A stretch of DNA of 64,000 nt from Candidatus Hydrothermarchaeota archaeon. GTDB taxonomy: Archaea > CAYFZR01. Shown here in pieces: positions 50,046 through 62,047 of this stretch. The translations under genes were made by a program, and so were the position numbers. The first letter of the stretch is position 1. Every line of letters begins with the position of its first letter. Where the stretch lies: NCBI GenBank assembly GCA_046760505.1, contig JBHIEG010000002.1, forward strand, positions 43,030 through 107,029. Reading direction: 5' to 3'. The notes under the pieces are model-generated. The model saw only the letters and a program-made list of their open reading frames with translations, ran no database searches and was not told the origin of the DNA.

Positions 50046-51533
50046 ATGTTTAAAATGGAAGTGATAGGACAGATTTTTGGCGAAGTTGGATCTTCAGGAT
50101 TCAATATACTAGTGAGAGACTCAAGCGTCTCTAAAGGATCTTATGTTAAGGTAAAGCATGAAGTCAACGGCTGGGTCTTAGCTCAAATCAGATCTTTGAA
50201 AAGATACAACGAGAAATACCAGCTGAGTGACGAAATAAGAGAGAATAAGGAGAGAATCATTGCAAGAATAGAAGTTATTGGATTTAGAAACGACCAAAAT
50301 GTTTTGGATTTTCCAAAAACGCCCTTTAGACCTGGAGAGTATGTTTATCTCGCAGACAAAAAACTCATAATGAATACGCTAGGATTGAACGTGAGAACGT
50401 CGAAAGGAATATACTTGGGATTACTGGAACACACGGATATACCGGTATACCTCGATGCAAACAGAGTAGTACAAAAACATGTAAGTATTCTGGCAAAAAC
50501 CGGTGCAGGAAAGAGTTATACGGTTGGAGTTTTGGTAGAAGAACTTTTAGAAAAAGGAGTTCCTGTGTTAATTATTGACCCCCATGGAGAATATCACACT
50601 CTCAGATATCCAAATAAAAATGAAAATATGGAAAAATTTGGTATTAAACCGAGAAGTTACGATACTTTAGAATACTCACCACTTCCAGATATTAATCAAT
50701 GCGATAAAGGATTCTACCTAAGCCACAAGAACCTTGATGCTTGGGAAATCCAAGAATTACTCCCCAAACTTACAGCCACCCAAAAAGGTATATTATATCA
50801 AGCCGTAAGGACTCTTCAAGAGACTAAAAAGAACTATGATATGTACGACATAATAAACGAAATAGTCGATCACCAAAGCAAATCGAAATGGGGACTCATA
50901 GAGCATTTAGAGGAACTTTTGAGTTATCCTTTCTTTAAGGCTAGAGCCACAAAAATAAAGAACTTGATTAATAAAGGAGTCGCAAGTATAATTAATCTGC
51001 GAGGATTGCCCTCAGATATGCAATCTTTGATCGTTGCAAGACTGGGAAGAGGTCTTTTCGAGGCTAGAAAACTAAACAAAGTCTTACCATTTTTGTTTTT
51101 GATAGAGGAAGCCCATAATTTTGCCCCGGAGAGAGGGTTTGGAGAAGTTCCATCATCAAAAATATTGAGAATTATAGCGAGTGAAGGCAGGAAATTCGGT
51201 CTTGGACTGTGCGTGGTAAGCCAAAGACCTGCCAGAGTAGATAAAAATGTCCTTTCTCAGTGCAATACACAAATAATATTGAAAATAACAAATCCAAACG
51301 ATCTGAAGGCGATAAGTCAATCCTTAGAAGGATTTACGCCTGGACTTGAAAGAGAAATTAAAAGATTGCCCCCAGGTACCGCATTGGTGGTTGGAGAATC
51401 TTTAGAAACACCTGTATTTGTAAAAATAAGGTTAAGAAAGTCGTTACACGGAGGAGAAGGTGTTTCCGTTATATCCCGAGTACAGGAAAGGAAGAGTATC
51501 ATAGATGTGTTCGGTGAAATTTTTAGGCGTTAA
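50046..51533 (+). CDS. Second HerA-like (DUF87) ATPase
   Basis: HVSILAKTGAGKS, DPHGEY, IEEAH, EGRKFG, SQRP. Confidence 0.9.
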   Translation: MFKMEVIGQIFGEVGSSGFNILVRDSSVSKGSYVKVKHEVNGWVLAQIRSLKRYNEKYQLSDEIRENKERIIARIEVIGFRNDQNVLDFPKTPFRPGEYVYLADKKLIMNTLGLNVRTSKGIYLGLLEHTDIPVYLDANRVVQKHVSILAKTGAGKSYTVGVLVEELLEKGVPVLIIDPHGEYHTLRYPNKNENMEKFGIKPRSYDTLEYSPLPDINQCDKGFYLSHKNLDAWEIQELLPKLTATQKGILYQAVRTLQETKKNYDMYDIINEIVDHQSKSKWGLIEHLEELLSYPFFKARATKIKNLINKGVASIINLRGLPSDMQSLIVARLGRGLFEARKLNKVLPFLFLIEEAHNFAPERGFGEVPSSKILRIIASEGRKFGLGLCVVSQRPARVDKNVLSQCNTQIILKITNPNDLKAISQSLEGFTPGLEREIKRLPPGTALVVGESLETPVFVKIRLRKSLHGGEGVSVISRVQERKSIIDVFGEIFRR

Positions 51534-51566
51534 ATTTAAATTCTTACTCGGTTGCAAAGGAGTATC

Positions 51567-53003
51567 ATGCGTTACATAATGAAGTTCGGGGGCACCTCGG
51601 TAAGTGATGGAGAGCAAATAAGAAGAGTGGCAAATATCATTTCATCTTATATTAAAGAACACGAAATCGTAGTGGTAGTCTCAGCCATGGCAGGCGTAAC
51701 TGACAGCCTGATTGAGATTTCTGAAAATTTGATTAAAAGAAAGAAAGGTGTGGACTACATAGCAAGTATTCGCGAGTTCATTGGACAACTGGAAGAGAGG
51801 CATGCAGAGGCTGCTAAAGTTTCAATAAAAGATAAAAAATTGCTTAATGAGGTTTTAATTGAGATTCACGAACTAATAAAGGAACTGGAGAGAGTTTTAA
51901 CCGGAATTTACTTTCTTGGAGAATTGACCAGTCGCTCTTTGGATTATGTAATGTCGTTCGGAGAAAGGCTTTCCGCACCAATTCTAGCATATACTTTAAG
52001 GGATCTTGGGATAAACGCGAAACATTACACTGGGAGCGAAATTGGAATAGTAACAAACTCTGATTTTGGAAAAGCTAAACCTATACTCCATACTACGAAA
52101 AGATTGGTAAAGGAGCGAATTGAAAAGATTATGAAAGAAGGTATTATACCGGTGGTAACAGGATTTATCGCCGCTGATACTCGTGGCGTATTAACCACTC
52201 TAGGAAGGGGAGGATCAGATCTTACCGCATCCTTGTTAGGCGTATCAATAAAAGCGGACGAGATCTGGATTTGGACTGATGTTGATGGAATTATGACATG
52301 CGATCCAAAACTTGTCCCGGAGGCCAAAACAATACCTGTTATCTCATATTTAGAGGCTTGCGAGCTCGCTTTCTTTGGCGCAAAGGTATTGTATCCCAAA
52401 ACACTAGAGCCAGCCGTGGAGGAGGAATTGCCTGTAAGAGTGATGAATACCTTCAATCCAGACGGATGCGGGACTTTGATTGTAAAAGAACAAGAAAAAC
52501 ACGATGAAATTGTTAAGGCAATAAGCTCTATTCAGAACGCCTCTTTACTAACAGTTTCTGGAGTAGGAATAGGAGGCGCCCCCAGAGTTGCTGCATCGAT
52601 ATTCTCTGCTTTAAGTGAAGAAAATATAACGGTTATCATGTTTTCTCAGGGCTCTTCAGAAACAAACATATCTCTTGTAGTTCTCGAAAACGAATTGGAA
52701 AGAGCTGTAAAGGCTCTCTACAAAGAGTTCGACAAGAGTGATAACGTGATAAAAGAGATCATATATGACGAAGATGTCTGCGTAATAGCTGTCGTTGGGG
52801 CAGGAATGAGAGGTACTCCTGGGGTGGCAGCGAGGGTATTCAATGCAGTTGCGAAGAAGGGAGTAAATATAATCATGATATCTCAGGGCTCTTCTGAGGT
52901 TAATATATCCTTTCTCATTAGAAGAGAAGACGCAAAAAAAGCGGTTGAGGCTTTACATGAAGAATTTAAACTTGGAAGGACAGAAACGATCAAAACCTGT
53001 TGA
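51567..53003 (+). CDS. lysC: Aspartate kinase with two ACT domains
   Basis: KFGGTSV, VVSAM, LGRGGSD, TDVDG, SQGSSE twice. Confidence 0.95.
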   Translation: MRYIMKFGGTSVSDGEQIRRVANIISSYIKEHEIVVVVSAMAGVTDSLIEISENLIKRKKGVDYIASIREFIGQLEERHAEAAKVSIKDKKLLNEVLIEIHELIKELERVLTGIYFLGELTSRSLDYVMSFGERLSAPILAYTLRDLGINAKHYTGSEIGIVTNSDFGKAKPILHTTKRLVKERIEKIMKEGIIPVVTGFIAADTRGVLTTLGRGGSDLTASLLGVSIKADEIWIWTDVDGIMTCDPKLVPEAKTIPVISYLEACELAFFGAKVLYPKTLEPAVEEELPVRVMNTFNPDGCGTLIVKEQEKHDEIVKAISSIQNASLLTVSGVGIGGAPRVAASIFSALSEENITVIMFSQGSSETNISLVVLENELERAVKALYKEFDKSDNVIKEIIYDEDVCVIAVVGAGMRGTPGVAARVFNAVAKKGVNIIMISQGSSEVNISFLIRREDAKKAVEALHEEFKLGRTETIKTC

Positions 53004-53607
53004 AAGGAAAAATTTAATCATCCTTACTTGGGAATATCCTCCTAGAATTGTAGGAATCATTTCTAAACAAGTAAAGCGTTTGTGCGATTATCTCGTTACA
53101 CAGGGAATCAAACCCTATGTGTTTACATTTGACGAGTGGTCTCCCGGAAAAGGTCACGAAGGTGATGTTTATGTAGAAAGAGTTACAAACCCAGTTAAAA
53201 CACATGTAAACGTGTTTTCTTGGACAATTACACTAAATAGTTCTCTTTTTAAGGCTGTTTCAGATTACATTTATGAAAAGGAGGAAAAATTTGACTTAGT
53301 ACATGTTCATGAATGGATTCCCTGTCCTACCGCCATAGCGGTGAAATACTCTTTTGGGATACCCTTTATCTTGAGTTTGTATAGCCTAGAGGACCATAGG
53401 ACCGGTGGATTTTTTACTCCTTACAGTCAAAACATAAAGGACATGGAGTCGGAGGGAATTTTAGAGGCAGAAAAGATAATTGTCCATGATAAAAGAACCT
53501 ATCGAGGATTAATTGACATACATTCCGTCCGGGAATCGAAAATAAAACTAATACCCTATAATAAAAATTTTGATGAATACATCAACGCCTACTGTGAGAT
53601 TACATAA
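52957..53607 (+). CDS. GT4 N-terminal (acceptor) domain-only protein
   Basis: TWEYPPR.VG, HVHEW; no C-terminal EPFG domain; start uncertain. Confidence 0.7.
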   Translation: MKNLNLEGQKRSKPVERKNLIILTWEYPPRIVGIISKQVKRLCDYLVTQGIKPYVFTFDEWSPGKGHEGDVYVERVTNPVKTHVNVFSWTITLNSSLFKAVSDYIYEKEEKFDLVHVHEWIPCPTAIAVKYSFGIPFILSLYSLEDHRTGGFFTPYSQNIKDMESEGILEAEKIIVHDKRTYRGLIDIHSVRESKIKLIPYNKNFDEYINAYCEIT

Positions 53608-54815
53608 TGAAAAGCCTGAGCATTCTGATGTTTAGTTGGGAATTTCCTCCAAGAAAGGTTGGAGGAATAACACCTCACGTTTACGGTCTATCAAAAGCTT
53701 TAGTTGAATTAGGAAATGAAGTACATGTGATTACATGCGATTTTCCAGGTGCAAAAGATAGAGAGATCGTAGAAGGGGTTCGTGTCTATAGAACCCGCTC
53801 ATACGATATTAACACCCCTGATTTTGTGACGTGGGCTATGGAAATGAATTACTACATGCAAAAAGAAGCTGTAAAGATTTTAGGAAAAGAGAATATAGAT
53901 ATTCTCCATGCACACGACTGGATGGTGGCTCCCGCAGCGATTTCATGTAAACACGGGTTCAGAAAGCCTTTAATTGTTACCATACACTCAACCGAGTACG
54001 GACGAAGACGTGGTATCCACTCAGAGTATCAAAATTCAATTCATCAGACAGAATGGTGGATTACTTACGAGGCTTGGAGAGTTATTTGCTGTAGTTCCTC
54101 TATGAAGGAGGAAGTATGCTCAGTATTGGGCGTTAGTTGGGATAAGGTATATGTGATTCCAAATGGTGTTGAGAGAGATAAAATTGGTGTGAGAAAAGAA
54201 TGTCCCATGGAGATAAGAAATAAATTCGCATCTCCAAACGAAAAAATAGTGCTTTATGTAGGTAGGCTGGTTCCAGAAAAGGGTGCAAACGTATTGATAG
54301 GCGCAATCCCTAAGGTTTTATCGGTAATGCCGAACGTGAAATTTGTAATAGTAGGAGATGGATTCATGAGGGACGAACTACATAAAATTGCGTGGAATCT
54401 AGGAGTTTACGATAAGTGTTACTTTACAGGCTACGTTGATGACCCTACCCTAGAGGCTCTCTACAGCTGCGCAGATGTAGCAACATTTCCATCCATATAT
54501 GAGCCATTTGGAATTGTAGCACTAGAAGCGATGAGCAGAGGGACCCCTGTCGTAGTTTCAGATACTGGTGGATTGAGAGAAATAGTCGAGCATGATTTTA
54601 ACGGCGTCAAGGTCGAGGTAGATAACTCCGATTCACTCGCTTGGGGAATACTTCATGTTCTCAAGAATCCTTCTCACGCCAGAAAACTGGTGGAAAATTC
54701 AAGAAAAAAATTAAGAGAGACTTACAACTGGATAAATATTGCAAAGAAAACCGAAAAAGTCTATATGGAAGTTTATGATGAATATTCTATGGGCGACTGG
54801 AAAATTAAGGTTTGA
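53607..54815 (+). CDS. GT4 glycosyltransferase (glycogen synthase-like)
   Basis: SWEFPP..GG, HAHDW, TIHSTE, YEPFGIVALEAM. Confidence 0.92.
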   Translation: MKSLSILMFSWEFPPRKVGGITPHVYGLSKALVELGNEVHVITCDFPGAKDREIVEGVRVYRTRSYDINTPDFVTWAMEMNYYMQKEAVKILGKENIDILHAHDWMVAPAAISCKHGFRKPLIVTIHSTEYGRRRGIHSEYQNSIHQTEWWITYEAWRVICCSSSMKEEVCSVLGVSWDKVYVIPNGVERDKIGVRKECPMEIRNKFASPNEKIVLYVGRLVPEKGANVLIGAIPKVLSVMPNVKFVIVGDGFMRDELHKIAWNLGVYDKCYFTGYVDDPTLEALYSCADVATFPSIYEPFGIVALEAMSRGTPVVVSDTGGLREIVEHDFNGVKVEVDNSDSLAWGILHVLKNPSHARKLVENSRKKLRETYNWINIAKKTEKVYMEVYDEYSMGDWKIKV

Positions 54816-54875
54816 AACTTGAAGTTTGATAGATATATTTAAATAGCCCATGATATTGTATAGGTGGAGGATAGC

Positions 54876-55220
54876 ATGTTCAATATTGATCCCAGACAGT
54901 TGGGTAAGATGAAGAAAATGATGAAAAAAATGGGTATAGAGATGAAAGAAATTCATGCGGAAGAGGCTATAATAAGATTAAAAGAGAAAGAATTAATCAT
55001 AAAGAATCCTCAAATAATCCTAACGGAAGGCATGGGACAGAAAAGTTATCAGATTACTGGAGATGTAATCGAAAAGGAAATTGAGAAGGAATCTGAAATT
55101 TCGGAAGAAGACATTAAAATCGTTTGTGAGCAGGCTGGCGTCACAGAAGAGGTCGCAAAGAAAGCTCTCGAAGAAGCGAATGGAGACCTTGCTGAGGCTA
55201 TAATGAAACTTACCGGATGA
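54876..55220 (+). CDS. nac: Nascent polypeptide-associated complex protein
   Basis: PRQ...MMKKMGI, UBA-like EEDI..V..QAGV....A..AL....GDLAEAI. Confidence 0.93.
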   Translation: MFNIDPRQLGKMKKMMKKMGIEMKEIHAEEAIIRLKEKELIIKNPQIILTEGMGQKSYQITGDVIEKEIEKESEISEEDIKIVCEQAGVTEEVAKKALEEANGDLAEAIMKLTG

Positions 55221-56404
55221 TTGGTGAAAATAAAATGGTTTCTAAAGTTAGTGCCAAAATAAGTAAAGAGGTAGAATACCTCAATAAGATTAAAGACATT
55301 TTCTTTGCGATCAAACCCAGTCAACTGGAAGAAGTTTATCAGTTGATTCGAGATTCCCGCTGCATAGTACCTTACGGATCTGGAAGGACATTTTCTTCTC
55401 TCAAGATAGGTACAAGCCAGATGGTTAGGGACAAAGTGGTGATCACTCCAGAGGACACGGGTTTCCCCGGAGTGGATAAGCTGGAAGAATGGTTCGGGAA
55501 TACCACTTTCCTTCTTGCCTCTGGTTCTGGAAGTTCACCGACTCCGTTACGCGCCCTATTGGATTTAAAACTCCATATAGATTGCACAAATTCAAATAAA
55601 ACAAACATAATTCTCATTACCTCAAATCCAAACTCTCCCATGGGTGAAATCGCAAGGGACTATGGAGTAGTTCTTGAATTAAAGGGTAGGACAAAGACAG
55701 ATAAAAGATACAGTACCTACGAAAGAATGCTGGGATTAGGAATCATGGGTGATCAATTCGAACTGGCTCTTTTATCTCTCATGCAAAGGATCGTTGAGGT
55801 CATGTACAGAGGTTGGGAGGCTTACAAAATTTTTGAACTGGCAGAAAAAGAGTTTATAAATATTGGAAAACTCGTAGATGAAACAGTAACTTCTGAAGCA
55901 TATTCAAAACTCATAAACGCATTATTTCAGCCCCACAGCATAACCCTTGGCGGCATCGGTCCCAGTTCCCTGGTAGCCTCTATGGCTGCGATAAGATTTA
56001 TGCATGTTAAAAGGATACTTGGAGACGAAGTATTCGTTGCAAGAAGAGAAACGACTCCTCAGCCAAGAGTAGGCGACACTGGTATATTCATATCACGTTC
56101 TGGAAATACCGAGATTCTGTTAGACTGGGCAAAGAGCTTTAAGAGGCTTGGGGCAAAGGTTATTGCCTTTGTAGGAAACAAAGATTCTGCACTGGCAAAA
56201 CTAAGTGATTGCAAGTTCATCCTAGACGATGCGAGTGGATTAACAGGTGGATCTCCCATACTTAGAAGGGAGCCTACCACTTTTTACGAGAGAGCAGCAT
56301 ACGTTCTAAGTCCTGTTCCTGTACATCTTTGTAGGAAGATGGGTGAATTAGGGTACCTTTTGCCTGAATACTTGTTCGATTGGTATCATTCCATTACCGA
56401 CTAG
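55217..56404 (+). CDS. Tandem double SIS-domain protein (HxlB/PHI-like)
   Basis: YGSGRT...ASGSG and GIGPS...ISRSGNT; GIMGDQFE. Confidence 0.75.
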   Translation: MIGENKMVSKVSAKISKEVEYLNKIKDIFFAIKPSQLEEVYQLIRDSRCIVPYGSGRTFSSLKIGTSQMVRDKVVITPEDTGFPGVDKLEEWFGNTTFLLASGSGSSPTPLRALLDLKLHIDCTNSNKTNIILITSNPNSPMGEIARDYGVVLELKGRTKTDKRYSTYERMLGLGIMGDQFELALLSLMQRIVEVMYRGWEAYKIFELAEKEFINIGKLVDETVTSEAYSKLINALFQPHSITLGGIGPSSLVASMAAIRFMHVKRILGDEVFVARRETTPQPRVGDTGIFISRSGNTEILLDWAKSFKRLGAKVIAFVGNKDSALAKLSDCKFILDDASGLTGGSPILRREPTTFYERAAYVLSPVPVHLCRKMGELGYLLPEYLFDWYHSITD

Positions 56405-56413
56405 GTCGTACGA

Positions 56414-57157
56414 ATGAAAATAGGTCTGATATCAGATATCCACGGGAATTTAGAGGCTCTAAATGCTGTAATGGAAAAACTAAAGGCTGACAAGATAATT
56501 TCTCTTGGAGACACAGTTGGCTACGGCCCCAACCCGAATGAATGCATAGATATCCTGAAGGACAACAGTGTCATCTCGCTTTTAGGAAATCACGATGCTG
56601 CATCTCTTGGTAAAATGAACATTGAGTGGTTCAACCCTGTAGCAAAAGAAGCTATTCTATGGACAATGAATGAACTTACCGAGGATTCAAAAAATTTTCT
56701 TGAAAACCTGGGCATGATGATAGAGGAGGATGATTTCCTATTTGTTCATGGAAGTCCTGTTCCCCTTGGGCCATCCAGTTCAACTCACTACATAGAAGAC
56801 TACTTACTATCAATACAAGATGCGGTACTCGTTTTTTCAAAAACAAATAAGAATGTTTTTTTTGTTGGTCATACTCATGTTGCTCAGGCATTTATCTATT
56901 CGGAGGGAAAAATAACCCAGAAATACCTCACTTATGGCGGGAAAATATCTTTAAGTGAGGGCAGATATATCGCAAACCCAGGTTCGATAGGTCAACCAAG
57001 AGATGGAAACCCTTATGCAAGTTATGGTGTAATAGACACGGATGAGAATACTGTAGAGGTAAGAAGGGTACCTTACGAAATTGAAAAAACCACAAAGAAA
57101 ATGAAACAAGCAGGTCTCCCCCGTATGTTATATGAAAGGCTTTTCTTAGGCTATTAA
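56414..57157 (+). CDS. Calcineurin-like metallophosphoesterase
   Basis: SDIHGN, LGD.VGYG, GNHD, GHTH, NPGSIGQPRDG. Confidence 0.93.
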   Translation: MKIGLISDIHGNLEALNAVMEKLKADKIISLGDTVGYGPNPNECIDILKDNSVISLLGNHDAASLGKMNIEWFNPVAKEAILWTMNELTEDSKNFLENLGMMIEEDDFLFVHGSPVPLGPSSSTHYIEDYLLSIQDAVLVFSKTNKNVFFVGHTHVAQAFIYSEGKITQKYLTYGGKISLSEGRYIANPGSIGQPRDGNPYASYGVIDTDENTVEVRRVPYEIEKTTKKMKQAGLPRMLYERLFLGY

Positions 57158-57159
57158 GG

Positions 57160-57303
57160 CTAAAAGTACCCCAAAGCTTTGAGGATAAATATGAATATGC
57201 CTATTACCATGCCAGCAATTGCACAGATGCTGGCGATTAAGTAAAGCCAATACAACTTTACCCTGAATTCTGGGTCTCTCAAAATTTTGTCTATCTCGCT
57301 CAT
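57160..57303 (-). CDS. 47-aa single-TM protein
   Basis: MSEIDKILRDPEFRVKLYWLYLIASICAIAGMVIGIFIFILKALGYF; ATGA overlap with upstream stop. Confidence 0.6.
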   Translation of the reverse strand: MSEIDKILRDPEFRVKLYWLYLIASICAIAGMVIGIFIFILKALGYF

Positions 57304-57725
57304 ACCGACATTAAGAAAGCATACTGCGTTGTTGTTGGGAGAATCTTTCTCAATTCAATTATATCTGGACGATATAAAAAAATTTCTTTTGAGTCTTCCA
57401 TTGCCTTAATATCTATGAGTTTCTCAACCACCATAATATTGATCTTATCCCTCACCCGTGCAACACCACTTCCCCAATCTCCAGAGCCTAATTCTATGTA
57501 TATTGGGAGTTTTAGTTTTGAGTGAAGATGTTTAGGAATTATTTTTGCCAGTAATTCAAGTTCTTCGTGTTTAAAAACATGAATGGTACCATCTCTACCC
57601 ACTACACTAGGTTTCTCCTCTTTAAGTAAAGTTTCAAGCGATTTTCTCGCTAATGGTAAGTGTACATTTAATGCCTTTATCTGTTTTGCAATAAGGTTTA
57701 GGTCCCTCTCAATGTCCTTGTAAAT
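57300..57725 (-). CDS. DUF61-family protein; probable ATT start
   Basis: N.HLP..RKSL..LL.EEKP.V..RDG lies upstream of GTG 57602; LKLPI; LPTTTQYAF. Confidence 0.8.
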   Translation of the reverse strand: MYKDIERDLNLIAKQIKALNVHLPLARKSLETLLKEEKPSVVGRDGTIHVFKHEELELLAKIIPKHLHSKLKLPIYIELGSGDWGSGVARVRDKINIMVVEKLIDIKAMEDSKEIFLYRPDIIELRKILPTTTQYAFLMSV

Positions 57726-57825
57726 ACTTATCTCCTCCGTCTGAATAATACACTACCCACATCAGGCAATCTCTTTCTTTTAGCTTCAATCAGCTTCAAT
57801 CCTCCAATTTCTCAATTAATCTCCA

Positions 57826-58482
57826 CTATGCCTCAGAAGGTAATTTCCTTGCTTCAAGACTGGCTTTGATTTTCTTCAATCTTATGAAATTATCTCTCTC
57901 CATTTCTTCCAGTCTCATATCTATGTATCTGGCAGTTCTTTCGAGTCTAGGTATTAAAACATATTCCAGTGCATTAACTCTCCTTTTTGTCTTTTCTACT
58001 TCCAATGCGAGTAACTTTACGGACTCTTCAATTTCTGCAAGACGTATAACGGACTCTAAAGCCTCTTCGAAGGCTTTTGCAGCCTCATCTAAGGCTACCG
58101 ATGTATCTATTAGTGAATAGCCTCTTTCGGTTACTTTCCTTCTAATCTCCCCGAACGAAAGAACAGGAACGACAACACCCATTATGTTCCTTGTTGATAC
58201 ATCGATATTTAAGTCTCTGCCGCATGCCAATGCGGCTTCTTTGACATCTATTACCCCCATTAAAGCCTGAGAAACAATTAATTTTTCAAAGGCTGTTTCG
58301 AGTTTATTTTCCGCCTCCGTCCTAGCATCTCTCACTCTGTCAATCAAGGCAAAAAATTCCATTATCAAAGCATCCCTTTTCTCCTTCAATAGTTTATGGC
58401 CTTTCTTAGCCAGGATTACCCTGCGTTTCAGTTTTAGGAGTTCCATTCGGGTTGGCTTAACCCCTTCTATTCTTCCAGCCAT
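57826..58482 (-). CDS. atpD: A/V-type ATP synthase subunit D
   Basis: PTRMEL, GHKLLK.KRDAL, KTKRRVNALE. Confidence 0.97.
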   Translation of the reverse strand: MAGRIEGVKPTRMELLKLKRRVILAKKGHKLLKEKRDALIMEFFALIDRVRDARTEAENKLETAFEKLIVSQALMGVIDVKEAALACGRDLNIDVSTRNIMGVVVPVLSFGEIRRKVTERGYSLIDTSVALDEAAKAFEEALESVIRLAEIEESVKLLALEVEKTKRRVNALEYVLIPRLERTARYIDMRLEEMERDNFIRLKKIKASLEARKLPSEA

Positions 58483-58531
58483 AAGTTACCTCCGAAGACA
58501 GATTGTCTAAGAGATAAGTTAAGTATGGTGG

Positions 58532-59944
58532 TTAGCTGCTCTTCCCTTTGTATTTTGGATGGTATTTCTTTATGTGCTCTATACTAATTCTCTTCAGTTC
58601 GCCTTCTGGTAGGTCAGCTAGCAATTCCCATCCAAGATCTAGTGTCTCATCGATAGTCCTGTTCTCGTCTCTTCCTTGCTGGATAAATTCTCTCTCGTAC
58701 CTGTCTGCAAAATGCAAGTAGGTCCTATCTCTTTTTGTAAGGGCCTCTTCACCAACTACCGCCACTAAGTCCCTAAGGTCTCTACCTTCTGCATAACTCG
58801 CATACAATTGGTTTGAAACGCCGTAATGGTCTTCTCTAGTTCTTCCTGGACCTATTCCTTCTTTCATAAGCCTCGATAGCGAAGGCAACACATCTACAGG
58901 CGGATATATTCCCTTTCTGTGCAGTTCTCTGCTTAAAACTATCTGTCCTTCAGTAATATATCCCGTGAGATCTGGAATTGGATGGGTAATATCATCGTCT
59001 GGCATCGTAAGGATAGGTATTTGCGTTACTGTTCCCTTTCTTCCTTTGATTCTGCCTGCTCTCTCATAATTGGTAGCGAGATCGGTGTACATATATCCTG
59101 GGTAACCTCTTCTTCCAGGAACTTCTTCTCGAGCCGCTGCAATTTCTCTTAAGGCCTCGCAGTAATTTGTCATGTCTGTTAGTATTACTAACATCTGCAT
59201 GTCATACTCGTAGGCAAGGTATTCAGCCGCGGTTAAAGCCATTCTAGGAGTAATTATTCTTTCAATGGCAGGATCGTCCGCTAGGTTGATAAACATGACT
59301 ATACGTTCCAGAGCACCACTTCTTTCAAAATCTCTCATGAAGAATGATGCTTCTTCATGGGTAATTCCCATTGCTGCGAAAACTATGGCAAATTCTTCTT
59401 CTTCTCCCAAAACTCTTGCTTGTCTGGCTATCTGAGCGGCCAACTCATTATGAGGTAATCCTGCACCGGAAAATAATGGCAGTTTTTGTCCTCTAACCAA
59501 TGTATTCATACCGTCAATACATGAGATACCTGTTTGTATGAATTCCCTAGGATATTCCCTCGCTATTGGGTTTATTGGTGACCCAGTTATGTCTAATTTG
59601 TCTTCTGGAATTACAGGGGGACCAGCATCAATGGGTCTTCCAAGTCCATCAAAAATCCTACCTAACATTTCAGCAGAGACAGATAATTGCATTACCTGCC
59701 CAGTGAACCTTACCTTTGTCTCCGCCGTATCTAGAGCCCTGGTTCCTTCGAAGACCTGTACCACTGCAACTCCAGTTCTCGCTTCCAGAACTTGTCCCAT
59801 TCTTTCTTCCCCAGTGGATGTCTCTATTTCCACAACCTCTCCGTAAACAACTCCTTCGACTCCTTCAACTATCATTAACGGTCCTGCTACCTCAGCCACC
59901 GTTGTGTATTCCCTAACCTTTGTGTCTACTTTCATATTCTTCAC
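58532..59944 (-). CDS. atpB: A/V-type ATP synthase subunit B
   Basis: [36 protein letters not shown]. Confidence 0.98.
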   Translation of the reverse strand: MKNMKVDTKVREYTTVAEVAGPLMIVEGVEGVVYGEVVEIETSTGEERMGQVLEARTGVAVVQVFEGTRALDTAETKVRFTGQVMQLSVSAEMLGRIFDGLGRPIDAGPPVIPEDKLDITGSPINPIAREYPREFIQTGISCIDGMNTLVRGQKLPLFSGAGLPHNELAAQIARQARVLGEEEEFAIVFAAMGITHEEASFFMRDFERSGALERIVMFINLADDPAIERIITPRMALTAAEYLAYEYDMQMLVILTDMTNYCEALREIAAAREEVPGRRGYPGYMYTDLATNYERAGRIKGRKGTVTQIPILTMPDDDITHPIPDLTGYITEGQIVLSRELHRKGIYPPVDVLPSLSRLMKEGIGPGRTREDHYGVSNQLYASYAEGRDLRDLVAVVGEEALTKRDRTYLHFADRYEREFIQQGRDENRTIDETLDLGWELLADLPEGELKRISIEHIKKYHPKYKGKSS

Positions 59945-59945
59945 C

Positions 59946-61709
<1,764 letters not shown>

Positions 61710-61719
61710 TATATCCCTC

Positions 61720-62043
61720 CTAACCGGTAATATCTACTCCAACTGCTTTTCTAATAAGTTCGCGTATAGGACTAATTTCTCTCTCTATAGGACCTTTTTT
61801 ATCTGGAATTTCTACGATGATTGGTATAGGTGAGATTTTTTTATCTTCAAGTTCATCTATCACAGAACGAACGCTTTCTGCCACCCTTTCAGTAATAATA
61901 ATTATGCATATGTCCTCTCTTTTCATCAGATTTCTCAATGTCTTTTCTATTTCCTCAGGTTTTTGCCCATCATAAGTCTCCTTTATACCTGCAAGTCTGA
62001 ATCCGGTTACCGTATCCGTATCACCTATGACTGCTATTTCCAT
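61720..62043 (-). CDS. atpF: A/V-type ATP synthase subunit F
   Basis: IAVIGD.DTV.GFRLAGI; KAVGVD. Confidence 0.96.
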   Translation of the reverse strand: MEIAVIGDTDTVTGFRLAGIKETYDGQKPEEIEKTLRNLMKREDICIIIITERVAESVRSVIDELEDKKISPIPIIVEIPDKKGPIEREISPIRELIRKAVGVDITG

Positions 62044-62047
62044 TAAA

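Noticed and set aside
57782-57801. Tandem 10-mer AGCTTCAATC x2
   Set aside because: Only two copies in a short spacer; no evidence of function
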